From positions 4,092,001 to 4,156,000 of the forward strand of contig JANJGN010000028.1 of assembly GCA_026770705.1 (NCBI GenBank): a DNA stretch of 64,000 nucleotides, given 5' to 3'. The notes beneath the pieces are model-generated. The model saw nothing but the letters and a program-made list of their open reading frames with translations, did no database searches and had not been told where the DNA came from. This document shows, piece after piece, positions 39,072-52,195 of this stretch. The DNA is from Isurus oxyrinchus (Eukaryota). Both the position numbers and the translations under genes were made by a program. Each line of letters opens with the position of its first letter. Position 1 is the first letter of the stretch.

Positions 39072-40690
39072 ATGGCTATGAATGAAGGAAAGCTATCGGA
39101 GGCAACTCAAAAGAAGCAAAATGTGCAAAATGTAAATGATGCTGTCCTACAAGAAAATGTTCGCATCAGAGCTGTATTAGAAGATTTGAAGTGCGAGATT
39201 CAAACTGAGTATATACCTTTGAAGATGCATGATAAACTGAAGTCTTCAATGAACCAAGGTGTTCGAGATCTGAGCAAACAAATATTCAGAGACAGCACAA
39301 AGATATCAGGAAAAAATAATGACCCTCAACTCCACAGTTGGTAACTCAAAGCAGGAGTTGGGAAAACACAACCAGATGTTCAGCCAGGCTAGGCAGCAGG
39401 CAGAAAAGGCAAGCAAAACACCTGCAACCTGCAAGGCTCCTTGAAGAATCAATATGTAGCCATGGAAAAACATAACGAGCTAAAAAGACATTGAATATGG
39501 CTTCAGAATAAGCTGCATTGGAAATATCAGTAGCAACAAAATGATGCACTGAAGCCCAGAGTGAGTTAGCAAGAGGTCAACAAGAAAATAAACAGTTGAA
39601 AGAAAAACTGATTGTCCTTAAAAGTCAAATGCAAAAGGAATGCATAACCATGAAGAAACAAAGACTGTCTTAAACAGCAGAAGAAACGCAAGGAGACTCT
39701 ACTGGATTACAGGAAAATTCACGATGAAGCAAGCGAGCTTCACAGAGGAAAGGAAAGCCTGTTGAAGAATCTTCACATGCTACAAGAATCTCTCAAGTCA
39801 AAGTTTGTTCCTCTGGGAAATTATGAGGAGAAGCAAAATGAGTGTCACTCTGAACAAACTAAAGAACCAGGTGGCAAAGAAGACACAGCAATGTTCCATA
39901 ATCAAGGAGGAAGCCGAAAGTTACAAGAAACAGACTGAAGAGCTGAAGAAGCAGTCGAATGACAAAAGGAAAAGCCATCAAACTTTCCAAGCTGCAAACA
40001 GATAATGAAACTATGAGAAGCACAATTACAAACTGAAACAAGTTAAAGTTTCACTGGAGAACAGGCCTGGCCAACAGTGAAGGACAAGGACAAAGCTCTG
40101 CTGCAGACAGAGAAACAAAAGACAGAAATAAGATTGAAAAATGTAAATCTGACACTGCAGTACGAGGAACTAGACGAAGAAAAAGCGCTGGATGTCTCGG
40201 ACGTTCTGAGAGCCACTGAGCTGAATGAAAAGATTCATAAACTTGCAAAATGATTTGAAAATAAAACAGCGAGCAGACCTTTGACTGAGATTGTGAAACA
40301 AGTGGGAATGAAGCTTCCCTTTGTGAAACGTATATGTCCAGCAAGAACATGGCAGGCACAACAGGGAAAAAAGCTTTGAGAACACTCTAGGAATAAACGG
40401 AGTGCACATTCCCTGCGGAAGGATTGGGACAAATCCACAGGCACAATGAAAGCAGGCAGGTTTGTTAACGAAGAGAAACAGAACTTGAAGGAACACAAAA
40501 AAAAATGAATCAAATAGAGATAGCCAAGTGCCAAAAACAGAGTACGACTATGACTCCTCCGAACATGACAGACCGAGATGTGGAAGAATTGTTAAACCTC
40601 AAGACCGTTTGAATTTATAAAGTCAGAGACTTGAGATGGGGAAGCAGGGATAGCAAGCAGAAGATTGTATTGAAAATAGTTGGAAAGGAA
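39072..40690 (+). pseudogene. Degenerate UACA/RAI14-family coiled-coil fragment inside LTR element 2
   Basis: Segments 'EIQTEYIPLKMHDKLKSSMNQ', 'LKNQYVAMEKH', 'ETLLDYRKIHDEASELH..LQESLKSKFVPLGNYEE' and 'LKNQVAKKTQQCSIIKEEAESYKKQTEELKK' are collinear with recalled UACA 'MSNQYVPVKTH', 'EILANYRKGQEEIVTLH..IQECIKVKYAPIVSFEE' and 'LKDQLSEQTQKYSVSEEEVKKNKQENDKLKK'. Multiple stops and frameshifts. Confidence 0.78.
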
Positions 40691-41811
40691 AGCTTTCTTT
40701 GAGAAGAAAGGAGAGCGTTGTATAATGCTGTACCTGCCTGCCTGCCATTGTAATGTAAAGGTGTACAGCAGATCAAGAGTTAACATGACACAGGAAAATA
40801 GCATTGCCCACAGTATGATGCATAGAGTCACATGGTAATAGACTCTGAGAGAGCAGGCTAGAGAGAACAGTCTAAAAGCAGCCTACGTGCATGGTGAACA
40901 GCACCATGCATGTCAGTAAACTGGGTTCTGTAAATAGTTAGAGGTTCACAGAAATGGTTCATGTTTAAACACACAAGACCCTCCCAACAATACGCCACAA
41001 TGACCGAACCCATATTACAACGTAATCAACAAACCCCCTGTGAGGCACATTATCAAAGTCTTCTGGAAATACATACAGACTGCAATGAATGTAAACATAC
41101 TCTGATGTATTTATTCCTGAATCACATTGTGCTGATATCCTTGACACGATGTATCCCAATATGGCCACAAACTTCATGGTTACAAATTTCACCTCAAATT
41201 ATGGATTCTGAGAGTTTGCCCACAGGTGACATTACACTAGTTAGTCCAGTTACCAGCATTATATTAACTGTTCAGTATCTTACCGGTGTTACATGACTTA
41301 GTTATAGTTATCAGGTTTGTCCTTCTCTCCCATTTTAATTGCTTACTCCAGTACCCAGCACAATGTCAATATGTGAGGAGGATTGTCAAGTTGTAGTCAA
41401 ATCCTCTGCTTCCATCTCTTCATTCTTCAAACCACAGGAAGAAGCTGTCAGCGTCCAGTGAGTGACACACTTGAAATAATGTTCATTTCTCTGAATATTT
41501 CCTTTTTGACAGTCAACCCTAACAGCGGTTCTATATTCTTCAAATACACTAACATTCTCATTTCTATCTGTTTCTAACTCTAAGCACTTCTACGCACTCT
41601 TTGTTTATTCTATTAGTATTAATCTGCTTACAGGCAGCTACTTCCTTTTATATTATCTGTTAGTATTTACTATTCCATTCCCTATCAACCCTCCTAATCT
41701 CTCACCACTCACGACCATTTCACACTCCTCATAATTGCCTTGTGCTATTGAACATAAGCATCAGGTCAAACCATGTGTAATATATAGATAACATTATATA
41801 CATAGACACGC

Positions 41812-42326
41812 ACTCTGTCTCAGTCTCTCTCTCTCCCACACTCGCCGTCTCTCTCTCTCTCTCTCCCACACTCGCCGTCTCTCTCTCTNNNNNNNNNNNN
41901 NNNNNNNNNNNNNNNNNNNNNNNNNNNNNNNNNNNNNNNNNNNNNNNNNNNNNNNNNNNNNNNNNNNNNNNNNNNNNNNNNNNNNNNNNNNNNNNNNNNN
42001 NNNNNNNNNNNNNNNNNNNNNNNNNNNNNNNNNNNNNNNNNNNNNNNNNNNNNNNNNNNNNNNTCACACACTCTGTCACACTCTCTGTCTCTCTCTCACA
42101 CACTCTCTGTCTCTCTCTCTCACACACTCTCTGTCTCTCTCTCTCACACACTCTCTGTCTCTCTCTCACACTCTCTGTCTCTCTCTCACACACTCTCTGT
42201 CTCTCTCTCACACACTCTCTGTCTCTCTCTCTCTCTCTCTTACACACTCTCTGTCTCACACACTCTCTCACACTCTCTGTCTCTCTCTCACACACTCTCT
42301 GTCTCTCTCTCTCTCTCACATTCACA
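41812..42326. repeat. CT/CA compound microsatellite spanning an assembly gap (N at 41889-42063)
   Basis: Directly visible. Confidence 0.95.
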
Positions 42327-43207
42327 CAGTGCCCTTTAAAATGGCTGGCAGGTCTTATTTCCGGGATTCCCGACTCCATTCCCAGGCTGTCACATTTTTG
42401 GGAGTGCTGTTAAAGGGTGTACATATGAACAAGGAGCATGAGTAGGCCATTCAGCCCCTCGAATCTGCTAAAAGATCATGGCTGATCTGATAATAATCTG
42501 AAATCTGCAAACCATCTACCCCCGATAACCTATCACCCCCTTGCTTACTAAGAATCTATCCACCTCTGCCTTAAAAATATTCAAAGGCTCTGCTTCCAGC
42601 ACTTTTTCAGGAAGAGAGTTCCAAAGAGTCACGACTCTCAGAAAAAAATTTTTGTCTCATCTCGGTTTTAAATGTGCGACCCCTAGTTCTAGATTCTCCC
42701 ATAACAGGAAACATCCTCTCTACATCCACCCTGTCAAGTCCCCTCAGGATCTTATATGTTTCAATCAAGTCACCTCTTACTCTTCTAAACTCCAGTGGAC
42801 ACGAGCCTAGCTTGTCCAGCCTTTACTCAGAAGACAACCCACCCATTCCAGGTATTAGTCTAGTAAACCTTCTCTGAATTGTTTCCAACACATTTACATC
42901 CTTCCTTAAATAAGGTGACCAATACTGTACACAGTACTCCAGATGTGGTCTCACTAGTGGCCTGTATAACTGAAGCATAACCTCCCTACTTCTGTATTCC
43001 ATTCCCCTCGCAAGAAATGATAACATTCTATTAGCTTGCCTAATTACCTGCTATTCTTGCATACGAGTCTTTTATGATTCATGCACTAAGACACCCAGAA
43101 CCCTCTGCATCTCAAAGCTCTGCAATCGCTCTCCATTTAGATAATATGCTTCTCTTTTATTCTTCCTGCCAAAATGGACAATTTCACATTTTCCCACATT
43201 ATTTTTA

Positions 43208-43655
43208 TGTCTTGAGTCTATGAGTTCACTAGTCGAGTAAACTCGAATTGTTAGTTGATGCTCGCCATCAATAACAGAGAGAGACCGACATAAGAACAAA
43301 CTGTGATCGTTTATTGTAACAGAAGGCAAAACACTAAATCCTTACATTCTCCCGAAACCACCTCCAGCTCTAGACTTCCAGTTAACTAGCAGCTCATGCT
43401 GTACAGTTATTGGTCAGTACTGTCACATGGTTAGTCCTCTTGCATTCTCGTAAAGGTACACAGTACTCCACTTTACCATGTCCCTCCCTCTTTACTTAAA
43501 AAATACAGTTGAAAAACTTAATAACATGTGAACTATTTACACTAATAACTATTTACAAATCAAGTCTCTCAGGAAGCTTTCTCGGACATGTTGAGCATTG
43601 CAGTGCAATAATCTCAGCTGGATTTTCCAAGACTTCCTTTTCAGGGGACAGTTGT
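43208..43655 (-). mobile_element. Gypsy-like LTR retrotransposon 3' fragment (pol end + PPT + LTR)
   Basis: The minus strand reads ...CPRKLPERLDL*, typical of a Gypsy pol C-terminus. PPT AGAGGGAGGGA at ~43481-43491. LTR with AATAAA ending ...AGACA. Confidence 0.6.
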
Positions 43656-44783
43656 CTACTAGGTTAATAATAGCTTCTAACATTTTCCCTACGACAGATG
43701 TTGAGATAACTGGCCTGTAGTTTCCCGCTTTCTGTCTCCCTCCCTTTTTGAATAATGGAATTACATTTGCTCTTTTTCAATCCAATGGAACCTTCCCCGA
43801 ATCTCAGGAGTTTTGAAAAATTAAAACCAATGAATCAACTATCTCACTTCTTTTAAGACCCTAGGATGATTGTCAGCCCGCAGCTCCAACAATTTACTCA
43901 GTGCCACTTCTCTAGTGATTGTAATTTTCCTGAGTTCCTCCCTCCCTTCCATTTCCTGGTGTACAGTGGCTTCTGGGATGTTGTTTGTATATTGAAAACT
44001 GATGCGAAATACCTTTCAATTCATCTGCCATCTCCTTGTTTTCCATTACCAATTCTCCAGACTCACCTTCTATAGGACCAATGCTCACTTTAACAACTCT
44101 TCTTTTTTAAGTATTTACAAAAACTCTTACTGCTTTTATATTTCTGGCTAGCTTTCTCTCATACTCTAATTTTTCCCTCCTTAGTCTTTTAGTCATTTTT
44201 TGCTGTTCCTTATATCCTTTCTAATCTTCTGACCTGCAACCTGTCTTTGCACAATGATATGCTTTTTCTTTAAGTTTGATACTGTCTTTAACCTTTCTAG
44301 TTAACCACAGATGGTCTGTCCGTCCTTGGACTTTTTCTTACTCTTTGAAATGTATCTGTCCTGTGTATTCTGAAATTTCCCCTTAAATGTTTGCCACTGC
44401 ATCTCCATTGAGCTATCCCTTAACCTAATTTGTCAATTCACTTTAGCCAGCTCAGCTCATAATTGCCCTTATTTAAGTTTAAAAACATAGCCTTAGACCC
44501 ACTCCTCTCTCCCTCAAACTGAATGTAAAATTCAATCATATTATGCTCACTGCTACCTCTATGAGATCATTCATTCATCCCATCTCATTGCACAAAACCA
44601 AGTCTAGTTTCGCCCGCTCTCTGGTAGGTTCCAGAATGTGCTATTCTAAGAAACTATCCCAAAAACATTCAATGTACTTCTCATCTAGGCTATCTTTGCC
44701 CATCTGACTTTTCCAGTCTATATGTAAATTAAAATCTCCCATGATTATCGCCGTGCCTTCCTGACAAGCTCCAATTATTTCTT

Positions 44784-44982
44784 AAAAGCAAAATACTGCA
44801 GATGCTGGAAATATGAAATAAAAACAGAAAGTGTTGGAAAACCTCAGCAGGTCTGGCAGCATCTGTGGAGAGGGAAACAGAGTTAATGTTTTGAGTCCAT
44901 AAGATTCTTCTTATGAGCACTAACTCTGTTTCTCTCTCCACAGATGCTGCCATACCTGCTGAGTTTTTCCAACATTTTCTGT
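44784..44982. mobile_element. Inverted-repeat Penelope-like terminal insertion in CR1
   Basis: Two opposed pLTR ends; diverged ~17-bp TSD ag(c/t)tcc(a/c)attatttctt. Confidence 0.75.
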
Positions 44983-45677
44983 TATAGTTCCCATTATTTC
45001 TTCCTTTATGCTCCACCTACCATGTGGTTATTATTAGGGGGCTTGTATTCAACTCCCACATGCGACTTCTTGTCTTTACAATTTCTCACCTCTGCCCAAA
45101 CCCTTTCCACATCCTGGTTTCCTGAACTTAGGTCATCCCTCTCTATTGTGCTAATACCATCATTAATTCAAAGAGCCAGCCCTCCACCTTTTCCCCACTT
45201 CCTGCCCTTCCTAAATATCCTGTACCCTTCAATATTCAGGTCCCAATCCATGTCCTCCTGCAACCATTGCTCCAAATTGTAATTATATATTTCTATATGC
45301 GCTCTCAGTTCATCTGTTTTGTGTCAAATGCTATGTGCATTCAGATACAGAGCTTTTTGTTTTATCCTTTTATTCTTTTTATAACCTCTGGTCTCATCTG
45401 TTGATTTACTGTTAGATTTATACTCTCGATCTCTTCCTGTCACAGTCTGTTTTTCATTTCCCGTAAGATTACCTTTTTCTTTCGTCTTGTCTCTGCTCTT
45501 TGATGTGCCACATCTTCCCAAATTTGATCCCTTAGCCCCCACTATTTAGTTTAAAACCTTCTCTAATTCTCTAGTAATGTGACTCACAAGAATGCCAGCC
45601 CTAGCACGGTTCAAGTGTAGACCATCCCAAAAGTACAGCTCCCACTCTCCCCAGTATTGGTGCCAATGCCCCATGAA

Positions 45678-47115
45678 GAATGGCCAATGTTGTTCCATTG
45701 TTTAAGAAGGGTAGCAGGGATAATCCAGGAAATTACAGGCCGGTGAGCCTTACGTCAGTGGTAGGGAAATTATTGGGGAAGATTCTTCGTGACAGGATTT
45801 ACTACCATTTGGAAGCAAGTGGGTGTATTAGTGAGAGGCAGCATGGTTTTGTGAAGGGGAGGTCGTGTCTCACTAACTTGGTCGAGTTTTTCGAGGAAGT
45901 GACAAAGATGATTGACGATGGAAGGGCAGTGGATGTTATATACATGGATTTCAGTAAGGCCTTTGACAAGGTCCCTCATGGTAGACTGGTACCGAAGGTA
46001 AAGTCGCACGGGATCAGAGGTGAGCTGGCAAGATGGATACAGAATTGGCTTGGTCATAGAAGACAGAGGGTAGCAGTGGAAGGGTGCTTTTCTGAATGGA
46101 GAGCTGTGACTAGTGGAGTTCCGCAGGGATCAGTGCTGGGACTTTTGCTGTTTGTAGTATACATAAATGATGTGGAGGAAAATGTAACTGGGCTAATAGT
46201 AAGTTTGCAGACGACACTAAGGTTGGAGGAGTTGCAGATAGTGAAGAGGATTGTCAAAGGATACAATAGGATATAGATTGGTTGGAGACTTGGGCGGAGA
46301 AATGGCAGATGGAGTTTAATCCGGACCAATGCGAGGTAATGCATTTTGGAAGGTCTAATACAGGCAGGAATTATACAGTAAATGACAGAACCCTTAAGTG
46401 CATCGACGGGCAGAGGGATCTGGGTGTACAGGTCCACAGGTCACTGAAAGTGGCAACGCAGGTGGATAAGGTAGTCAGGAAGGCATATGGCATGCTTGTC
46501 TTCATTGGCAGGGGTACTGAGTATAAAAGCTGGGAAGTCATGCTGCAGCTGTATAGAACCTTGGTTAGGCCACACTTGGAATATTGTGTGCAATTCTGGT
46601 CGCCACATTACCAGAAGGTTATGGAGGTGTTGGAGAGGGTGCAGAGGAGGTTTACCAGGATGCTGCCTGGTCTGGAGGTTATTAGCTATGAGGAGAGGTT
46701 GGAGAAACTCGGATTGTTCTCACTAGAGCGACGGAGATTGAGGGGCGACTTGATAGAAGTTTACAAAATTGTGAGTGGCGTGGACAGAGTAGATAGTCAG
46801 AAGCTTTTTCCCAGGGTGGAAGAGTCAATTACTAGGGGACATAGATTTAAGGTGAGAGGAGAAAACTATAGAGGAGATGTGCGGGGCAAGTTTTTTACGC
46901 AGAGGGTAGTGAGTGTCTGGAATTCGCTGCCAGAGGAGGTGGTGGAAGCAGGTACGATAGTGGTGTTTAAGAGGCAGCTTGACAAATACATGAATAGGAT
47001 GGGAATAGAGGGATATGGACCCCGGGAGTGCAAAATGTTTTAGTTTGAAGGCAATATGATCGGCGCAGGCTTGGAGGGCCGAAGGGCCTGTTCCTGTACT
47101 TTTCTTTGTTCTTTG
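45678..47115 (+). mobile_element. Young 5'-truncated CR1 LINE (RT), same family as 8114-9441
   Basis: ORFs 45680-46276 and 46282-47043 with PGNYRPVSLTS, DFSKAFDKVPH and GVPQGSVLG; TTCTTTG tail; approximate TSD TGAA. Confidence 0.95.
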
Positions 47116-50100
47116 AACTGGAAATCGCTTCTCCCATACCAGCCTTTCAGCCACGCATTCAGCTCCCGAATCTGATTTGTCCTATGTCAATTTGCACGTG
47201 GCTCAGGTAATAATCCAGGTTCTGCTTCTTAATTTGGTGCTGAGGTACTGACATTGCAGAACCTCCTTCTTTGTTTTACCTATGTCATTGGTACCTACAT
47301 AGACCACAACAGCTGAGTCCTCCCCCTCCCACTGCGAGTTCCTCTCCAGCCCTGAGCACCAGGCAGGCAACAAAGCCGTATGGACTCACGCTCTTTGCTG
47401 CAGAGAATGGTGTCATTCCCTCTACCTCTACCACTACATTCCTGTTTGCTCCCTCCACTTGGATGGTTTCCTGTACCACGGTGCCATGGTCAGTTTGTTC
47501 ATCCACCCTGCAGCCCCCACTCTCACCCAAACAAGCTGAGAGAACCTCAAACCTGTTGGACAATTGCAGAGGCTCACACTCCTGCCCTCTGGGTCCCCTT
47601 ACCTGCCTCCCTCACAGTCACACCCTCCTGTCCCTGACCAAATCAGAAGACCCTATCCTAAGTGGTGTGACCGCCTCCTGATACAAAGCATCCAGGTAAC
47701 TTTATCCCCTCCCTGATGCGTCTCACTGTCTGTAGTTCAGCCTCTAGCTCATAAACTCGGAGCTGAAGCTACTCAAACTTCAAACACTTACTGCAGACTG
47801 CAGTGGGATGGTTCCTGTCAGAAGGCTGCATCCAGAACTCCGACCCTGGCCAGCTCGATTGCGGAGACAGGTATCTCCAACTCCTTTGCAACATTCATGG
47901 AATCGGGCCGGGTTTGTATAGGGTTGTGGTTCAGGGACCCTCAGAGGAGTCATGAACCCCAGTCTGCATGAGGGCACCTTAACATGAAACGCTCTGAGGA
48001 GTAGCCACACCCCCAGAGGGATGTAGGGAATCGGGGCTCTGGTGCCAGACACAGACACACAGAGACACACACACAGACACAGTGTGGTCATTAATTGACC
48101 AATTCCCACCCACGCCTTAATCCTGGGGGCCGCAGGGTTCCAGTACTTCCCGTTCTCACCTCCACACTCACCACCTGTGACAGCAAAAGATTCCACCCAC
48201 CCTCTCTCACACTCATTCTCACATTATACCAGAGAATTAGGACCCTGATTAGACACTTCATTAGGTCACTGAGCAAATTTTGGACTTCCCCGTCCAGAAT
48301 CAGAAGGGATTTCATCCACGTGCTCAATAGTTTCTTGTTTCTCTTCCTAAAACAATGACATTCACAGATATGAATCTTAAATCCTGTAATATTAAAGAAT
48401 GTGGAGGATAATGCAGGTTAACATTGGTTGAGAGTTTCGAATCACATGGTATCTGGCTGAGGGTATATCAGAGTGAACAGGACAAACGGTCTCCCACTTG
48501 CAGTCAGGAATCCATTGAAAATTTGAGTCATGTCACTCTGATCACCATTAGACATGAATTTTCGGTTCAAGTCTGCCCCTAATCTGGCACCAATGAGCAT
48601 CAGCTGCAGACCTTAGAATGCCTGATGTGGGGGGAATAAGAAAATGTCACTGACAATTGCCACAGCTCTGAGCAAGTAGCTCTCGTTTCTGAGTCAAAAG
48701 AAATTCTTCTCAACGGGTTGAGCCGTTATTGGTGGTGGGGGGGGTGAGACGGACAGTGAGCAGAGTGTTAAATTGCACCAAACCACTGAGCACCAGATCT
48801 GGGAGTGAGGGATGCCGACATTGGGCGTGCTAAATGGAGCAAGTGGAGAGGTAACATTGCTCAGCTCAGGGAGCGGCCACATTCACAAAAATAAACCAAC
48901 AGGGGAAATGCTGGTGAAATTTCTAGCGGAGAAATTTCAATCAATGCTTCTGAATGATCTGCATTGAAAGGGAAATAATGGGCTTTAGGCAACACATAAC
49001 TCTCAAATTTCAACTTGGATATTTTCTGCAAGGAATCATGCTATTTTAAAAAGCCACGAGAATAAAGTGTCAGATGGGTTGGGATTTTTGGGAAGAGCTG
49101 GGAATCCTCCTGAATGCTGCTCTCCCCAACCGCCTCAAACTGACAGGGCCAACTGGTATTTGGCCAGCAGCCAAGTACGAAGATTCTCTTCTCCCCCCCT
49201 CCCCCCCTCCACCCCTCCCCCCCCTCCCTCCCTCCATTGCCGAGATATCCAAGTGCCCAAGATTCTTGGACATTTTAGATTCTGCCAGTGTTAAAGGGCA
49301 GTCACTGAAACTTGAAGGGGAGGGACAGGCTGGAGATAAGAATCCTTCAATTCCTCTGTAGTGATCAGAGAAGAATTCTCTGAATCTTGTGGGAGGGTTG
49401 AGGCTTGTTCATTTTTGTGCATGGACTGGAGCAGCTTCCATATTCACTCAAACTCAAGGCTCATCTCACAACGAACCATGGCTGGTTGAACGACCGCTGA
49501 CCATTCTTACTGCATTCGCCACCTATTGGTCAAGTTACCCAAAATCCCACTGAAACAGGTGGCATTGTTCTTGATTATTTAATTCGACCCTTTTTTAGGT
49601 CATCTGCAGGCGTGGAACTTTTCCCTATAACGCTCTCATTCAAGTGATCTGTATGTGTACAATAAAAATAGCAAGACTTCCGATAACATCTTGGCTAACA
49701 GGCAGCCCAGATTAGCAACATTGGGACTGGACACCAATTCTCAAAATAAACCTGTTCCACATCGTGCTTGTGAGTGACCAGCATGAGGGGCAGAGTGGAC
49801 AAGTGCAGAGTCAGGCTCCTTTCACCTTGAAAAGTAATGCTCTGCACTCCACCGCAAGAGTCCGTTCACCTCAGCACCTGATGGTTCAATTAATCAGCCT
49901 CTCTTGGCAGGTACAGCTGCAATAAAATACAGAGTGGTTTTTGGGGGACTTGGAAAGCAGTGAATTCAGGAGGTCGGCCCTATGCCTCACCTCAACTGTC
50001 CTACCTCTCACCTCCCCAGCTCCTGATAAGCATGCTCCCACACATTCCCATTGAGCATATCAATCCTGGTGTCAGTCGTGACTCAATGGGGAGCACTCTC

Positions 50101-50519
50101 ACCTCCAAGATTGAAGGCTCAAGTCCCACTCCAGATACTGAAGCACCTACTCCAAGCTGACATTGACAGAGCGGCAGTGTGTGTGAAAAATGGCACTATT
50201 CCAAAGAAGAGCAGAAGAGTTCTCCACAGTATCCTGGGCCAACATTCAGCCCTCATCCAACATCAGTGAAGCAGTCTGACCTGGAATTTCCACAAAGTTT
50301 TGCAGGGTTTTTTGGCACATGCATCATTGAATTTAACATGTAAACTATGGTCTGCACAACCTGCTGCAAGATTTTCAGCCAGTTTTAAAAGCATTGCGCT
50401 AGAAGTTGGCCCCTCCCACAAAACGGCTCACAAAATCCCTCCTGGGTAAATCAATCACCATTGGGAGTTTCTGAAAATTACGTTCGTTTGCAAACCCTCC
50501 AGGAGGTTCCAAACATCAA

Positions 50520-52195
50520 ACTGAGGACACAAGTAACATCCCAGAAATAGCTGTAAATCAGGAAATGGAAGGGAGGGAGGAACTGAAGAAAATTACAATC
50601 ACCAGAAAAATGGTGTTGAGCAAATTGTTGAAACTGCAGGCTGACAAATCCCCCAGGGTCAGGTGGACTTCATCCGATGGTCCTGAAAGAAGTGTCTAGT
50701 GAGAAAGGTGATGCACTGGTTTTAATTTTCCAAAATTTATTAGATTCAGGCAAGGTTCCATTAGATGGGGAAATATAAAATATAACTGCTTTATTCAAAA
50801 AGGGAGGGAGACAGAAAGCAGGAAACTACAGTCCAGTTAGTCTAATATCTGTCATTGGGAAAATGTTAGAAGTTATTATTAAAGATGTTATAGCAGGGCA
50901 CCCATAAAAATTCAAGGCAATCAGGCAGAGTCCGCATGGTTTTGTAAAAGGGAAATCATGTTTAACCAATTTATTGGAGTTCTTTGAAGAAGTCACATGT
51001 GCTGGGGATAAAAGGAATTCAGTGGATGTGCTGTACTTAGATTTCCAGAAGGCATTCGATAAAGTGCCACATCAAAGGTTATTGCAGAAAATAAAAGCTC
51101 ATGGTACAGAGGGTAATATATTGGTACAGATAGAAAATTGGCTAGCCAACAGGAAGCAGAGAGTAGGCATAAATGGGTCTTTCTCTGGTTGGCAGGATAT
51201 AATAAGTGGTGTACCCCAGGGATCAGTGCTGGGACCTCAACTCTTTACAATTTATATAATTGACCTGGATGGTATAGTTGCTAAATTTGTTGATGATACA
51301 AAGATAGGTAGGAAAGTAGGATGTGAAGAGGGCATGAAACTATAAAGGGATACTGATAGGTAAATCTGGCAAATGGAGTACACTGTGGGAAAATGTGAAA
51401 TTGTCCATTTTGGCAAGAAAAATAAAACCGCATATTAACTAAATAGTGAGAAATTGCAAAGCTCGGAGATTCAGAGGGATCAGGGTATCATAGTGCATGA
51501 GTCACAAAACATTAGTCTGCAGGTACAGCAAGTAATTAAGAAAGCTCATAGAATGTTATCGTTTATTACAAGTGGAAGTGATTACAAAAGTAGGGAAGTA
51601 ATGCTTCAGTTATACAGAGCACAAGTGAGATCATATCTGGAGTACTATGTACAGAACTGGTCCCCTTATCTAAGAAAGGATGTAAATGCATTGGAAGCAG
51701 TTCAGAGAAGGTTTATCAGATTAATATCTGGAATGGAAGGGTTATTTTATGAGGAAAGGTTGGACAGGTTAGGTTTGTATCCGCTGGGGTTTAGAAGAAT
51801 AAGAAGCAACTTGATTGAGACATATAAAATCCTGAGGGGTCTTGACAGGGTGGATGTGGTGAGGATGTTTCCTCTTGTGGGAGAATCTAGAACTAAGGAT
51901 CACTTTAAAAATAAGGGCTTGCCCATTTAAGACAGAGATCAGGAGAATCTCTCAGAGGGTTGAGAGTCTTTGGAACTCTCATCCTCAAAAGATGGTGGAA
52001 GCAGAGTCTTTGAATATTTTCAAGGCAAAGCTGGATAGATTCTTGGTTAACAAGGGGGTGAAAGGTTATCGGGGAGTAAGCAGGAATCTGGGGTTGAGGT
52101 TACATTCAGGTCAGCCATGATCTTATTGAATGGCAGAGCAGGCTCAAGGCGCTGTGTGGCCTCCTCCTGCTCCTAATTCATATGTTTGTATGTTA
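50520..52195 (+). mobile_element. Degenerate CR1 LINE (RT to 3' end)
   Basis: YLDFQKAFDKVPH, GVPQGSVLGP, FVDDTK and LEYYVQNWSP; 'tatgtttgtatgt' tail. Confidence 0.92.

Larger units (their letters stand above)
37088..41022 (+). mobile_element. Non-autonomous LTR retrotransposon, copy 2, carrying a UACA-like coiled-coil ORF
   Basis: 5' LTR 37088-37864 (TGTTG...GCAACA, split by a MITE, AATAAA at 37783). PBS-like 'tagttggcagtgg' follows. PPT GAGAAGAAAGGAGAG at 40701-40715. 3' LTR 40716-41022 (CGTTGTA...TACAACG). Homologous to copy 1 in the LTRs, ORF start and UACA-like region; inserted in a minus-strand CR1 remnant. Confidence 0.85.
42421..47800 (-). mobile_element. Old, near full-length but internally deleted CR1 (ORF1 remnant, APE start, RT C-terminus) with nested insertions
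   Basis: 3' end at 42421; LEYCVQYWSP at 42823-43026; APE N-terminus ALYLNAHSI at 45324; ORF1 motif SNRFEVL at ~47560. Confidence 0.85.

Noticed and set aside
29220-40690. The functional UACA gene locus
   Set aside because: There are many stops and frameshifts, no ankyrin-repeat exons, and no splice sites framing the segment; it is bounded by PBS/PPT and LTRs instead.
28907-41022. Simple inverted segmental duplication
   Set aside because: Homology stops exactly at the LTR termini and the flanks are different CR1 segments. TSDs are too degraded to confirm (agatg/aggag; tattt/taatc).
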